This document shows, in pieces, positions 39,056 through 49,137 of a DNA stretch of 64,000 bases. The notes beneath the pieces are model-generated. The model was not told the DNA's origin and did not search any database. It worked only from the letters and a program-made list of their open reading frames with translations. This DNA is from a virus (Duplodnaviria > Caudoviricetes). The translations under genes and the position numbers were made by a program. The DNA lies in the IMG/VR virus record IMGVR_UViG_3300028591_000083, positions 1 to 64,000 of that record; one strand, given 5' to 3'. Within the stretch, counting starts at the first letter, position 1, and each line of letters opens with the position of its first letter.

Positions 39056-39179
39056 ATGGAATCACCCTCTCTCCAAAACTTATAAAAAGAAATCACAGTA
39101 TGAAATACCGTCATATATGTTGTTTTAATTTTTACATATATTTGATACCTATACTGTGTTTTTCCTTTATATTTAGTTT

Positions 39180-39416
39180 TTACTCAAAAGCAGACATATC
39201 ATCTGTATCTGCAATCCACTTTCTCTTATTTCCAATTCGTTCAAACATCTGTACGAATTTGCATTCAGGTATGATATCCTTGAAAAACTTTACTGCTTCA
39301 TCGTAGATATCAAATTTACATCGTTTAATTGGGGCTGATTTCATATCCTTATCACGCCAACCCATGACATAGAAATAGTGATTATCCTTCTCTTTTTCTC
39401 TTATATGTAATCTCAT
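39180..39416 (-). CDS. leader-tagged small protein (MRLHIRE)
   Basis: Shared leader. Confidence 0.65.
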   Translation of the reverse strand: MRLHIREKEKDNHYFYVMGWRDKDMKSAPIKRCKFDIYDEAVKFFKDIIPECKFVQMFERIGNKRKWIADTDDMSAFE

Positions 39417-39417
39417 C

Positions 39418-40113
39418 TCACTCTACTCCTCTTAATTTAGTATTTGGTATTATTTGTTTTGCGGCTTCTTGAAGTGTTTTCATTTCTTCATCTGTGAATT
39501 CCTTACAACTAGGATCTATTACACAGTCACTCTGTAGATATTTCTGTAAATAGTAATGTTTACACTTATCTATCCACATAGCAATTCTTGTTATATCGTC
39601 TGCGGTATGAAGTGTTTTTGAACACGTTGTTCTGAATTCATAATCCGCATACTCTTGATTTATTAGAAATTCTACTGACTTATTTACTTTACCAACAATG
39701 ATCTTATCAATTCCACAAGTCTGAGAATATTTTTCCAATGAGTTCTTTATGTCCATTGCTATGTAATCTACATATCCTGACTTACAAAGTTCCTCTAATC
39801 TTTCCGGCATTGTTCCGTTTGTATCTATTTTTACAAGATATCCTAGTTCTTTGATTCTTTTTGCGAATTGAATAATATCAAGATTCAATAGTGGCTCTCC
39901 ACCTGAAATACAAACAGCGTCTAATCTTCCTACTCTTGATTCTAGGAATTTATAAATATCTTCTTCTGGAATAATATTTGTTGCCGATTCAACTACTAAT
40001 GATTTATTATGACAAAACGGACATCTTAGATTACATCCATGTGTGAATATTGTGCAAGCTACTTTTTCTGGATAGTCTAATAAGGATAGTTTTTGTAGTC
40101 CTGATATTATCAT
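39418..40113 (-). CDS. nrdG: anaerobic ribonucleotide reductase activating protein (radical SAM)
   Basis: MIISGLQKLSLLDYP, CNLRCPFC, SGGEP, KIDTNG, YEFRTT. Confidence 0.85.
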   Translation of the reverse strand: MIISGLQKLSLLDYPEKVACTIFTHGCNLRCPFCHNKSLVVESATNIIPEEDIYKFLESRVGRLDAVCISGGEPLLNLDIIQFAKRIKELGYLVKIDTNGTMPERLEELCKSGYVDYIAMDIKNSLEKYSQTCGIDKIIVGKVNKSVEFLINQEYADYEFRTTCSKTLHTADDITRIAMWIDKCKHYYLQKYLQSDCVIDPSCKEFTDEEMKTLQEAAKQIIPNTKLRGVE

Positions 40114-40119
40114 TTAGTA

Positions 40120-41850
40120 TCACTCACTATCTTTGTTGTTCTTTCTTCGTTTCTTTGTCTTGAAAACATCTCGCCAATCTTCCGGCTCTTTCGGATCACC
40201 GAAATAGTAAATACCATTCTTCATTCCGTCTTCATTCATGTAGGATGTTTTTGACGGTATACAAGCAGTATCTTCACTAATATATAGCTTCAATGACTCT
40301 GTTTTTGATTTTGAAGTTGGTTTACATTGAATATCATTTTCTTCACAATAGTCTTTTACATATTCATTATTTGTATATATAGTTAAATTATTGCAATCTG
40401 TAAAGGCATCCTCGTATATACCAGAAACACTGTTCGGAATTGTGGCAGATTTTAGATTTACACAACTATTAAAAGCATTGCCTTTAATTTGTTCAACGCC
40501 ATCTAACAATTTAAGGTTTTTTAGTTTTTCGCATCCTGTAAATGCATTGAAACCAATTACAGCTACACTTCCCGGTATAGTAATTGATTCTAAATTAGTA
40601 CAAAATTCAAAAGCAGAATGGCTGATTTTTTCAACACTGTTTGGAAGTGTAATCGCTTTAAGATTTTTGCAATTTGAAAAAACACTATTATCAATAGATT
40701 TTATACCACTAGATAATATTACAGAAGATAATTTTATACAGTATGAAAACCCGAAACTGCCTATATGAACTACATTATCAGGTATTTCGATTGATTGTAA
40801 ATTTATGCATCCGCTAAATGCTCGATCTCCAATCTCGGTAACACTGCTTGGAATTTTGATATATTTTAGACTTTCACATCCTGCAAACGCACTATATCCT
40901 ATTGTCTGCAAACTGTCAGGAAGTGTTACTGACTCTAGTTTTTTACAGTTGTAAAATGCCCCTTCTCTTATATGTTTTACACTGTTTGTTATTTTAACTG
41001 ATACTAAATTAGCACAATCTGCGAATGCATTATATCCAACAACACTCATGCCGTTACTTACTATAAGATTTTTTATCAACTGCTTTTGTGAATCACCTAA
41101 ATGTCCACCACTATATACAAAGGTGTCATCTGTAAGCTCCATCCCAAGCATCTTGCATATAAAGTGTCTTAATTGTTCACTTCCAACAATAATATCGTTA
41201 ATATCAAATGGATAATCGTTATCATCAAGAAAATCCCCCGTAGAACTTGAATATTGCCATCTATCACCAGTTGCCTTGTCTTTGATAATATATAATTTTC
41301 CACCGTCTTTTGTGTATTTATCATACCACTCTCTATTCTCATGGGCAGTACACCACTCTGTACCTTTTCCTAATTTCATACTAGCTTCATGGGTATTTGG
41401 AACATATACAATGTATTGATTATCTTCAAAAACAACATCATAATCATCCTCTGCTTCAGTGGAAATTCTTCCTGCTTTAACATTCTTCTTAAACCGTAAT
41501 TTCTGCCTATCTGAAAGCATTGAATCATCGTCAACAACCTGTGCTAAGATATCAGATAAATCATCTAAAGTCTTATAAGCATTAAGGTCTTTATTTTGAA
41601 TTCTATTTCTATATACTGTGAATTGATCCAATATCTTTGTCACGTCATCAAAGTCTCTATCTGAAATCTGTTTCTTATTATATAGATTCAGTATCCACTT
41701 TCCATATTTTCCAAGACTGTCTTTACCTCTATATGTTGGGTCAAGTGATATAAGTTCCATAAATGTATCATCATCTATATTTGGATAATACTTTTTTACA
41801 GCTTCTATATCTTCTATTAAATAGTTGCTTTCTGATATTCTTAATTTCAT
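40120..41850 (-). CDS. leader-tagged protein (MKLRISES) with BspA-type leucine-rich repeats
   Basis: About 10 repeats of LxSIxIPxSVxxIGxxAFxxC; N-terminal domain with GTEWCTA. Confidence 0.8.
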   Translation of the reverse strand: MKLRISESNYLIEDIEAVKKYYPNIDDDTFMELISLDPTYRGKDSLGKYGKWILNLYNKKQISDRDFDDVTKILDQFTVYRNRIQNKDLNAYKTLDDLSDILAQVVDDDSMLSDRQKLRFKKNVKAGRISTEAEDDYDVVFEDNQYIVYVPNTHEASMKLGKGTEWCTAHENREWYDKYTKDGGKLYIIKDKATGDRWQYSSSTGDFLDDNDYPFDINDIIVGSEQLRHFICKMLGMELTDDTFVYSGGHLGDSQKQLIKNLIVSNGMSVVGYNAFADCANLVSVKITNSVKHIREGAFYNCKKLESVTLPDSLQTIGYSAFAGCESLKYIKIPSSVTEIGDRAFSGCINLQSIEIPDNVVHIGSFGFSYCIKLSSVILSSGIKSIDNSVFSNCKNLKAITLPNSVEKISHSAFEFCTNLESITIPGSVAVIGFNAFTGCEKLKNLKLLDGVEQIKGNAFNSCVNLKSATIPNSVSGIYEDAFTDCNNLTIYTNNEYVKDYCEENDIQCKPTSKSKTESLKLYISEDTACIPSKTSYMNEDGMKNGIYYFGDPKEPEDWRDVFKTKKRRKNNKDSE

Positions 41851-41905
41851 TGTTATCATCCCTGTTCTTTCGTTTGCAATATTTTAATAAACGGTTACAA
41901 TCCCT

Positions 41906-43219
41906 TCAATCAACCGTTGTACTGTTTATCTGAATCAATCCTTTATCCCAATCATAAATAAAAGAATAACTGCGCTTTGTTGACATACAGTATCCACATT
42001 CTTTAGACCATGTATCAGCACTTGTTACACTTGGCAACCATCTGAATACAATACCGCCCTTTTCCTCAACCTTTTCAGAATGAATGTGTGCTAGATGAAA
42101 TTCTCTATACTTAGTCCTTGCCCATTCTTCCGGACATTCGTTAGACATGAGGAACGGAAGTTGATCTTTCTTTTCATAATATCCATGAGCAAATCCAATC
42201 AGGTTAGCTCCAAATTCAACATACTGTCTAGGTGAAGAATTTACCTTAACCGATACCCAATTATCGTTTCTAAACCATGCCGCAAGATAATTGATTGCAT
42301 AGAAATCAGTTTGGCGGCTATGATTTGATGCAATATAGAATGTAGTAACAGAAGCATACTGTTTTAGTCTTTCAATAGTTTCAACAAGCATTTCAATACC
42401 AATAAGATATAGTTCTTGCCACTTCTTATCTGTGTCTTGCGGAGTTCCACCGGTAGTTGCTTTTGAAATACCGTCAGAATTAAAGAAATCATTACTCCAT
42501 ACAAATACAATAGAATTTAGATTCTTTACGATTTTAGAAATTCTTTCACACTCGGCATCAATAACTTTGAAATATCTTTCTTTTGTGATTTCTGTACTTA
42601 CTGGTTCTCCTGTTTCATTGTCATAACAGAATCTACCTAAATGCAGATCACAAATATTGATTTCATACATAAGTATTTGTCTATCGTTTTTCTCATACTT
42701 AGAAACTGGTTCTAATGTGAACGAACGGGAAAATGTATCAAAGTGTTTTTTGATATCTTCTAAACTAATAGATTCTTTAATTGGTTTTGCTGTGATTTTG
42801 CTTTGATACAGATTCAGAATGTCTCCGCCCTTTTTCTGAGATTGCCAGAGATTATTTTTATATGAAAGAATTTCCCACTTTTCAGGACTCATACCATGAG
42901 CTTTCAGAATATTGTATGGACTGAGTTCTTCATCTTTTGCTAGCTGAATCACTCGCTCAAATGTTACTGTTCCGTCTTTACGATATTCAACAGAAGTTGT
43001 TTTTGGAGTAAACTCATCTTCCTGTTCTTCGACTACAGGTTGCTTTTCAACTCTTTGAGGAACTACTTTTATAGATGATCCATTATTGAAACGCCGAACC
43101 CTAGAACGAATACACTCATATGACAACTCAGGAAACTGATGTTGAAGAATACTATAGATCTGAGGTCTTGAATATCCCTCTGACATTAGATTAGATACTG
43201 CTTCATTAAATGTTGACAT
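41906..43219 (-). CDS. calcineurin-like metallophosphoesterase with N-terminal HTH-like region
   Basis: DLHLG, NDFFN, SNH, AHG, HLAHIH motifs. Confidence 0.8.
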   Translation of the reverse strand: MSTFNEAVSNLMSEGYSRPQIYSILQHQFPELSYECIRSRVRRFNNGSSIKVVPQRVEKQPVVEEQEDEFTPKTTSVEYRKDGTVTFERVIQLAKDEELSPYNILKAHGMSPEKWEILSYKNNLWQSQKKGGDILNLYQSKITAKPIKESISLEDIKKHFDTFSRSFTLEPVSKYEKNDRQILMYEINICDLHLGRFCYDNETGEPVSTEITKERYFKVIDAECERISKIVKNLNSIVFVWSNDFFNSDGISKATTGGTPQDTDKKWQELYLIGIEMLVETIERLKQYASVTTFYIASNHSRQTDFYAINYLAAWFRNDNWVSVKVNSSPRQYVEFGANLIGFAHGYYEKKDQLPFLMSNECPEEWARTKYREFHLAHIHSEKVEEKGGIVFRWLPSVTSADTWSKECGYCMSTKRSYSFIYDWDKGLIQINSTTVD

Positions 43220-43427
43220 CTCACATTCCTCCAAAAATATAAGGTTGATATCTATAGTGTTCTAAATATCGTATATTTTCCATATCTTCGGCATTACATT
43301 CTCTAAAAACAAAAGGAGAACAGACAAATGATAGCGGTCATCTGTCCATTCTCCTTTTTATATAATCAGTTTTTGTGTATCACTGATTATTTGTACCTTA
43401 ATGTAAAGCCGCTACTTTACTATTCTT

Positions 43428-43456
43428 AGTATAGCATATTTTGCTAATTTTGTCAA
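43428..43456 (-). promoter_or_regulatory. sigma70-type promoter
   Basis: TTGACA-17 nt-TATACT. Confidence 0.75.
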
Positions 43457-43840
43457 CTGTTTAGATCAACAAAAAGTTTCAACAAAAATCAATCGTTTTC
43501 ATTTTGTTAAATGATTTGTCAGGCGCGTTTATTTTTTAGTAAGGGAGTCATCAATCTTAAAGTCATATGTATCAGTATCTTTACTATTCTTTTTCTTATT
43601 AAAGTAATTATAACTATTAGTATATTACATTGTTTTAATACTTATTGTTTTAATACTTATTTATTGATTATTTTATGGTTTTAGTATTAAAGATGTAATA
43701 TATTATTATGTTACAATTTGCACTCTTGAAAACGTCTCCATAGAGTTAAAAATGTAACTCTTGTTATTCACATTTTGATAATAACAGAATCACATCATAT
43801 ACAAACAAAAGTTCATATATGATGTGATTTTTGTTTATGT

Positions 43841-44575
43841 TTACTTGAACAAACTTTTGCGATTCATGCGATTTACTTCATCGGCAAAGATCCTTGCCTC
43901 ATTTCTAATACGTTCTCTTTCATTATATGTTGGCATTGTTTCTGCATAAGTAAGTTTTCTGTTCTTAAGCTGTTCGTTTTCAGTACGCAATCTGCTCATT
44001 TCTCGTTCCAGAGAATCAAGTCTGTTTCGATCCATTTCTGCCTGTCTTTCTTTCTGCTCTCTAACTCTTGCTGCAAGAGCTTCCATTTCTTCTTCATAAA
44101 CAGCTCTATGGAATTCAGGTGTATTAACACCATACATTCTTTCTAAGTGTTTCAGATGTGCTTCTTTACATTCCTTCTCTCTCTGTTTTTCTTTTTCATA
44201 GTTTTCATGCCACTTAATGTACTCAGATGTCATTTCGTAATTTTTCGTCCACGGAGCAAAGAATGTGGTAATTACTCTCTGTCCTCTCATCCACGCAAGA
44301 ATCAATCTAACAAATTCAGCGAAAGGATAGCAGAATCCGATAAAAGAAATCAGTGCGATAAAGAATCTTGCAGGAGGTGCTTGGATAAACAGTACAAAAT
44401 TCTTTGCTTCATTGATTTTAATATAGTCGGTTATGAATCCCATAAATGTTTTGTCAAATATCGCTGCCCATGTAATATATCCTAGCAACATCATAAGAAT
44501 AACTGAAATCGTACATAGTTTCAAAAATTCCCAATTTCTAGCTTTCGGATCAAGATTAACTTTCATAACACACAC
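43841..44575 (-). CDS. membrane protein, two TM helices plus coiled coil
   Basis: Hydrophobic N-half, charged C-half. Confidence 0.65.
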   Translation of the reverse strand: MCVMKVNLDPKARNWEFLKLCTISVILMMLLGYITWAAIFDKTFMGFITDYIKINEAKNFVLFIQAPPARFFIALISFIGFCYPFAEFVRLILAWMRGQRVITTFFAPWTKNYEMTSEYIKWHENYEKEKQREKECKEAHLKHLERMYGVNTPEFHRAVYEEEMEALAARVREQKERQAEMDRNRLDSLEREMSRLRTENEQLKNRKLTYAETMPTYNERERIRNEARIFADEVNRMNRKSLFK

Positions 44576-44585
44576 CTACTTTCTT

Positions 44586-44801
44586 TTAGTTATCATTCCA
44601 TCTTCCGCCAGTACGATAGTCTCCATACTTATAAATCATAAATCCTAGAAACATACTAAGGATAAACTGATAGTCCATCGGCGGTTCTTCTCCGTCATGC
44701 GCCATAAGGAATATTGAGATCATAGTCAACAGTCCGCCAAAGTACACACAGAACTTTCCAAAGTAAAATCCCATCTTATCGGCTTTATTCTTGAATTCCA
44801 T
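44586..44801 (-). CDS. small membrane protein
   Basis: Two TM segments, AAGGAG SD. Confidence 0.65.
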   Translation of the reverse strand: MEFKNKADKMGFYFGKFCVYFGGLLTMISIFLMAHDGEEPPMDYQFILSMFLGFMIYKYGDYRTGGRWNDN

Positions 44802-44851
44802 TTTAATACATCTCCTTATTTTCTTTTGTTCTACTTGTTTATTTATCTTTT

Positions 44852-45499
44852 TCAGGCTTCAATATATCTTGCGTTAGCAGTGTTTTTTCCGTCAGTATAT
44901 CCTTTATCATAAACTTCTTTATTGTTATTATAATTCATTTTCTTGTTCATCGTTCTCATATTCATTCCGGATTTCATATCTTCATAAGATTTCTTCACTT
45001 CTTCCGGAATAACGATCATTAATGCAGTACATTGTTTTTCGAGAACCGATTTGATTCCATGAAGGAATCCAATCAAATATGTATTTTTAAGTCCTGTTGT
45101 ATTTCTGCCATTGTTTCTGGCGTTCATATATTCTCTCGCTGCGAAACGATTTCCAATATTATACAAGAAATTAAACACATCTCTTGCAATAGTCGCATTA
45201 TGAGTAAACCCATAAAAACAAACTGTTCTGTTATTATTAGTCCAGAATACTTTACAGCAAAAATTGTTTGCAATAATACCGGAAAGAGAATATTTCCATT
45301 TATGTCCTGCATCGGTGTCAGCTTTAATAGATTCAATTTCTTCTTTTTCTTCCTCGATGTCAGTAAGAACGATGTCATATTTTGCCATGAGTTCCTGCGC
45401 TTTTAGTGCGGCTATCATTGCTTCATTCTCAGTTGCACCTTTATCGGATGCTGTTTTCAGCAGTTTGCTGATGATCTCAATAGCTTTTTCCTTTTTCAT
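44852..45499 (-). CDS. DUF2786-family protein
   Basis: IEIISKLL..A....ATENEA..A..KAQELMAKYDI; start MKKEK after GGAGGT. Confidence 0.75.
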   Translation of the reverse strand: MKKEKAIEIISKLLKTASDKGATENEAMIAALKAQELMAKYDIVLTDIEEEKEEIESIKADTDAGHKWKYSLSGIIANNFCCKVFWTNNNRTVCFYGFTHNATIARDVFNFLYNIGNRFAAREYMNARNNGRNTTGLKNTYLIGFLHGIKSVLEKQCTALMIVIPEEVKKSYEDMKSGMNMRTMNKKMNYNNNKEVYDKGYTDGKNTANARYIEA

Positions 45500-45549
45500 T
45501 TTAAGTACCTCCGTTTTTGTTGTTTGGTGTTTGTCTCTCTTACAAATAT

Positions 45550-45578
45550 AGTATAACACATTTTAATCTATTTGTCAA
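45550..45578 (-). promoter_or_regulatory. sigma70-type promoter (same family as 28161)
   Basis: TTGACA-17 nt-TATACT; shares AAAATGTGTTATACTATATTTGTAAG with the 28161 promoter. Confidence 0.8.
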
Positions 45579-45620
45579 TGGTTTTTTGAAAATTTTTTTA
45601 TTTTAACATTTAGAAAATAC

Positions 45621-45649
45621 TTGACTTTTTTACCAAAGTATGTTATACT
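45621..45649 (+). promoter_or_regulatory. divergent sigma70-type promoter
   Basis: TTGACT-17 nt-TATACT upstream of the plus-strand operon. Confidence 0.7.
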
Positions 45650-45670
45650 TATACTGTGAGGTGATGTAAT

Positions 45671-45994
45671 GTGAATTCGGAACTAAATCTATGCGGCAGA
45701 AAGGACGATTCTAAATCCGCTATCGTTGCACTAAATACTTTTGTAAAATCGTTTTGTTTGGACTGCACTAGGTCTAAATCCTATGGTAAATACATTTTCA
45801 GATGTCAGGATTGTGGATTTCGTTCTGGGAGCATTTGTACTGTGAAAAACTTTGCACACTCACTTGATGAAGATTTCTACGATAAAATCAACTTTGGATG
45901 TTTAGTTTCTCCGGAAACTGATGCTGAGTTGGTTGCCGGAAACTGTTTCTATAGCACAATCTGTGCAAATTTCAGTAAGGAGAAAACGGAATGA
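45671..45994 (+). CDS. Cys-rich hypothetical protein
   Basis: GAGGTG SD; CLDC, CQDC motifs. Confidence 0.65.
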   Translation: MNSELNLCGRKDDSKSAIVALNTFVKSFCLDCTRSKSYGKYIFRCQDCGFRSGSICTVKNFAHSLDEDFYDKINFGCLVSPETDAELVAGNCFYSTICANFSKEKTE

Positions 45995-46308
45995 TTGATG
46001 TAAAAACACTTGAAGACTTTAGACTATTTATTCTTTCTCTTGGTTTCTTCATGGATATTTCTAATCCAGTAGGTCTTACTTATGTTCTATTAAAAGAAAG
46101 AGGAAACCTTGTTTTTGAATATCGTGCCGAAGAAAGTAAGATTGTTTGCAGAATGCCTGATTTCCAATATAATGCTATGTATCCTCATGCCGGAAGAAAC
46201 AGAACATATACTCTAACTATTTCTGACTATTCTTGTGCGTCAAAAGATGTATTGGAATTTATAGATAAAATGACCAGACTGTATGAGAACAAGGGAGAGG
46301 TACTATGA
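45991..46308 (+). CDS. hypothetical protein
   Basis: ATGA-coupled ORF. Confidence 0.65.
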   Translation: MIDVKTLEDFRLFILSLGFFMDISNPVGLTYVLLKERGNLVFEYRAEESKIVCRMPDFQYNAMYPHAGRNRTYTLTISDYSCASKDVLEFIDKMTRLYENKGEVL

Positions 46309-46688
46309 GGATCAAATATTGTGAGTCAGACACAACAAATGTTAGCATTGCTAATGTTGATAAAGCAACTGTGATGAGAGTTAAGGATGAAGACGGCAAT
46401 CCGATGTATGTTTGTTCTTGTGCGATTGCCGGAGGATTTGATCTTGTTCATATCGAAACTCTTACTTATGACAAGGCTCTTGATCTTCTTAATACTCTTT
46501 ATGAAACAGGAAATCTTGATGTTTCTTCCGATGCTGATTGCACTGTGGTTACAACAATGGGTCCATTTCAAATGGGTCTTACTGCAATGTTTAATCCTTT
46601 TGCATTGTCAGATGATGATGACGATGATGAAGATATTGATGAAGAATTAGACGATGAAGCAGGAATTGACTTTTCCTCATTCTATTGA
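46305..46688 (+). CDS. hypothetical protein with acidic C-terminal tail
   Basis: ATGA-coupled ORF ending DDDDDDEDIDEELDDEAGIDFSSFY. Confidence 0.7.
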   Translation: MRIKYCESDTTNVSIANVDKATVMRVKDEDGNPMYVCSCAIAGGFDLVHIETLTYDKALDLLNTLYETGNLDVSSDADCTVVTTMGPFQMGLTAMFNPFALSDDDDDDEDIDEELDDEAGIDFSSFY

Positions 46689-46736
46689 CATTACCTTTGG
46701 CGTTTGTGCCATGTCCATAATCATTCCTCTTTGACG

Positions 46737-46780
46737 GAACAATCCCTCTCTAGCAGTTAAACGCCGGAGAGGGATTGTTC
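46737..46780. terminator. hairpin between convergent genes
   Basis: GAACAATCCCTCTC...GAGAGGGATTGTTC. Confidence 0.6.
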
Positions 46781-46807
46781 TATGTCATACTATATGAGGT
46801 GAAGCTA

Positions 46808-48268
46808 TCAAATAGAATTTTGCTTTGCATAAGCATCTTTAAGAGCTTGTTTTGTAGCAGCTCCGCATGAACCGTCTACATCAAGTCCATTCTTAAATTG
46901 GAATGCAAGTAAAGCCCCAAGAGTAATGATTTCAAATATTCCTGTAATATCGTCATCATAATACCCTAATTCAGAAAGATACCATTGCATCCACATAACT
47001 CCTTCTTTATCAGTTGATCCTTCTTTTACTGATTTTGTTGGTTCAGTATATGGACAATCAGGAGTAGGTGTTGGTGTAGGAGTTGGCGGAACTGGTTTTG
47101 GATATAGTTTTGGATTTTTCACGAAACCTAGGAATGTATATTTTCCAGAACCTCCCCAATGTCCGTCAGCATTAGTTCTCTTTGTTGTCCAGAAAGGTCT
47201 ACTTGCTTTATATCCTGATTCTGCGGTTACAATAGAACCATCATCAAACATCTGTTCAACAGTTGCAACATGACCAGCTCCGTCAGAGCTATCACCAGTT
47301 TTACCTTTTGCGAAACAAAGAATTGCTCCGTAGCTAGGTTCTTGTGAAACTTCAAGACCTTCTTTAATAGCTTGTGCATATACGTCTTCACCATTTGGAG
47401 GATAGTTGAGATATACAAATTTTCCGGCACCGAGGATCTCATTAAATCTATCAACTGCTAATCCAACGCAATTACTTAATGTGTTCAATCCTTCCTGAGT
47501 AGGTTTTCCAATAATACAGGTAGAATATCCGCCATTTCCGATTGTATTGTAATATGGATTTCCTTTTTCTGGAATTTGAAGCATTGGTGTAAATCCTTCT
47601 GGATATGGAATTAGCTTTGGTTCTGGTTTCGGCGGAGTAGGAGTTGGAGATGGTTTTGGATATCCATTTAATCCTTTAGCTTTAATTTTAGTAGGATAAT
47701 CTACATAACAATAGTCATGATCTACTTTATCATGAAAACCATTCATATTCTGTGCGCCAGTTTGCCAAAGACCATAAGCACCAGTATATGTTGGTTTTGA
47801 CGCCCATTGAGCTAACCAAATAGCATATCTTGTTTTAATATCATCTTCAACAATACAAGTTAGCCAACTAAGGTTTGTATATAGTCCTACCCAATATCCG
47901 GCACTTTCTACTTTTTGTAAGAATGCGCGGATCATAGCAGAAGCTAAAGATTTTCCAAGATTATAATGTTCATTATATTCAATATCTAAGAATACAGGAT
48001 AATCAAACTGTTTTCCTTTTAGTCTTTTTAGAAATTCATCTGCTTCTTTTTCTGCTGCTTCAACTGTAAGAGAAGACTTGTCTAAAAACCAATAAGCACC
48101 TACATTCATCCCTTTTGCTTTTGCATTCTTATAATGAGATTCATACATATTGTCAGTATAATTTCTCTGTCCGGCTTTAATAATGCAGAAGTCACAATCT
48201 ACTTTAGTCCAATCTACTTTTGGTTGACAGTAAGAAATGTCAACGCCCTCTTTCTTATAATCACTCAT
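46808..48268 (-). CDS. endolysin: GH25 muramidase + CHAP-like domain + peptidoglycan-binding domain
   Basis: GVDISYCQ...FLDIE...WLAQW; NCVG...GHVATVE; FQFKNGLDVDGSCG; PT-rich linkers. Confidence 0.88.
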   Translation of the reverse strand: MSDYKKEGVDISYCQPKVDWTKVDCDFCIIKAGQRNYTDNMYESHYKNAKAKGMNVGAYWFLDKSSLTVEAAEKEADEFLKRLKGKQFDYPVFLDIEYNEHYNLGKSLASAMIRAFLQKVESAGYWVGLYTNLSWLTCIVEDDIKTRYAIWLAQWASKPTYTGAYGLWQTGAQNMNGFHDKVDHDYCYVDYPTKIKAKGLNGYPKPSPTPTPPKPEPKLIPYPEGFTPMLQIPEKGNPYYNTIGNGGYSTCIIGKPTQEGLNTLSNCVGLAVDRFNEILGAGKFVYLNYPPNGEDVYAQAIKEGLEVSQEPSYGAILCFAKGKTGDSSDGAGHVATVEQMFDDGSIVTAESGYKASRPFWTTKRTNADGHWGGSGKYTFLGFVKNPKLYPKPVPPTPTPTPTPDCPYTEPTKSVKEGSTDKEGVMWMQWYLSELGYYDDDITGIFEIITLGALLAFQFKNGLDVDGSCGAATKQALKDAYAKQNSI

Positions 48269-48543
48269 AAAAAATTCACCCTTTCTGAAAATCATCAAGG
48301 CATACCATAATGAACAAAAGCTGTTCATTATATAGTGTTATGTGTAAATGCGTTATTTATTTTTTGTAATCAGTTATTCCTATATTTTGTAAAAACATAA
48401 ATATTTTACATATTTCGAGAATTTCTATAACTTGAAAATGTATTAAAAATATTAAATGCTGTATTATAAAAATAACATAAATATATACAATAATGGATGT
48501 AAAGCAATTTACAAATATTTTTGAAAGGTTGTGTTATTTTACT

Positions 48544-49137
48544 ATGAGATGCAAAGATGTTTTAAAATTATTGAGAATTACAAGACAAACACTTACAAAG
48601 TATGTAAAGAATGGAAACATAAAGGTAACTACGTTACCAAATGGACAATATGACTACGATGAAAAGAGTGTATATGATTTTCTAAATAAAGATGTGCCTA
48701 GAAAAACATATATATACGCAAGAGTGTCAACACAAAAACAAAAACACGATTTAGAAAATCAAATAAATTTACTAAAACAGTATTGTTTCTCTAAAGGATA
48801 TAGGGTTGATGGAATTTTTTCAGACGTTGCAAGCGGAATAAGTTTTGAAAGAAGATCTGATATGTTTACATTATTGGATGATATTGTTGATAATAAGGTT
48901 GAAAGGGTTGTAATATCATATAAAGATAGACTTTCAAGAGTTGGATTTGATCTTTTTTATTATTTATTTAAGAAACATAATTGTGAGATTGAAGTTATGA
49001 GTGAGGTCGGTTCACAAAAACTAGACAGCGAGGAAATATTTGAGGAGATTATCAGCTTGCTTCATTGCTACTCAATGAAACTTTATAGTAATCGAAGAGT
49101 TCAAAAAATCAAGGAAGTGTTGTCAGATGAAGAATGA
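48544..49137 (+). CDS. tnpA: IS607 serine recombinase TnpA
   Basis: N-terminal HTH, YARVSTQKQ, DVASG, YKDRLSRVGF. Confidence 0.93.
   Translation: MRCKDVLKLLRITRQTLTKYVKNGNIKVTTLPNGQYDYDEKSVYDFLNKDVPRKTYIYARVSTQKQKHDLENQINLLKQYCFSKGYRVDGIFSDVASGISFERRSDMFTLLDDIVDNKVERVVISYKDRLSRVGFDLFYYLFKKHNCEIEVMSEVGSQKLDSEEIFEEIISLLHCYSMKLYSNRRVQKIKEVLSDEE

Noticed and set aside
48351-48543. IS607 as an IStron (group I intron fused to the IS)
   Set aside because: No group I core motifs in the short AT-rich left end, and the element is intergenic.
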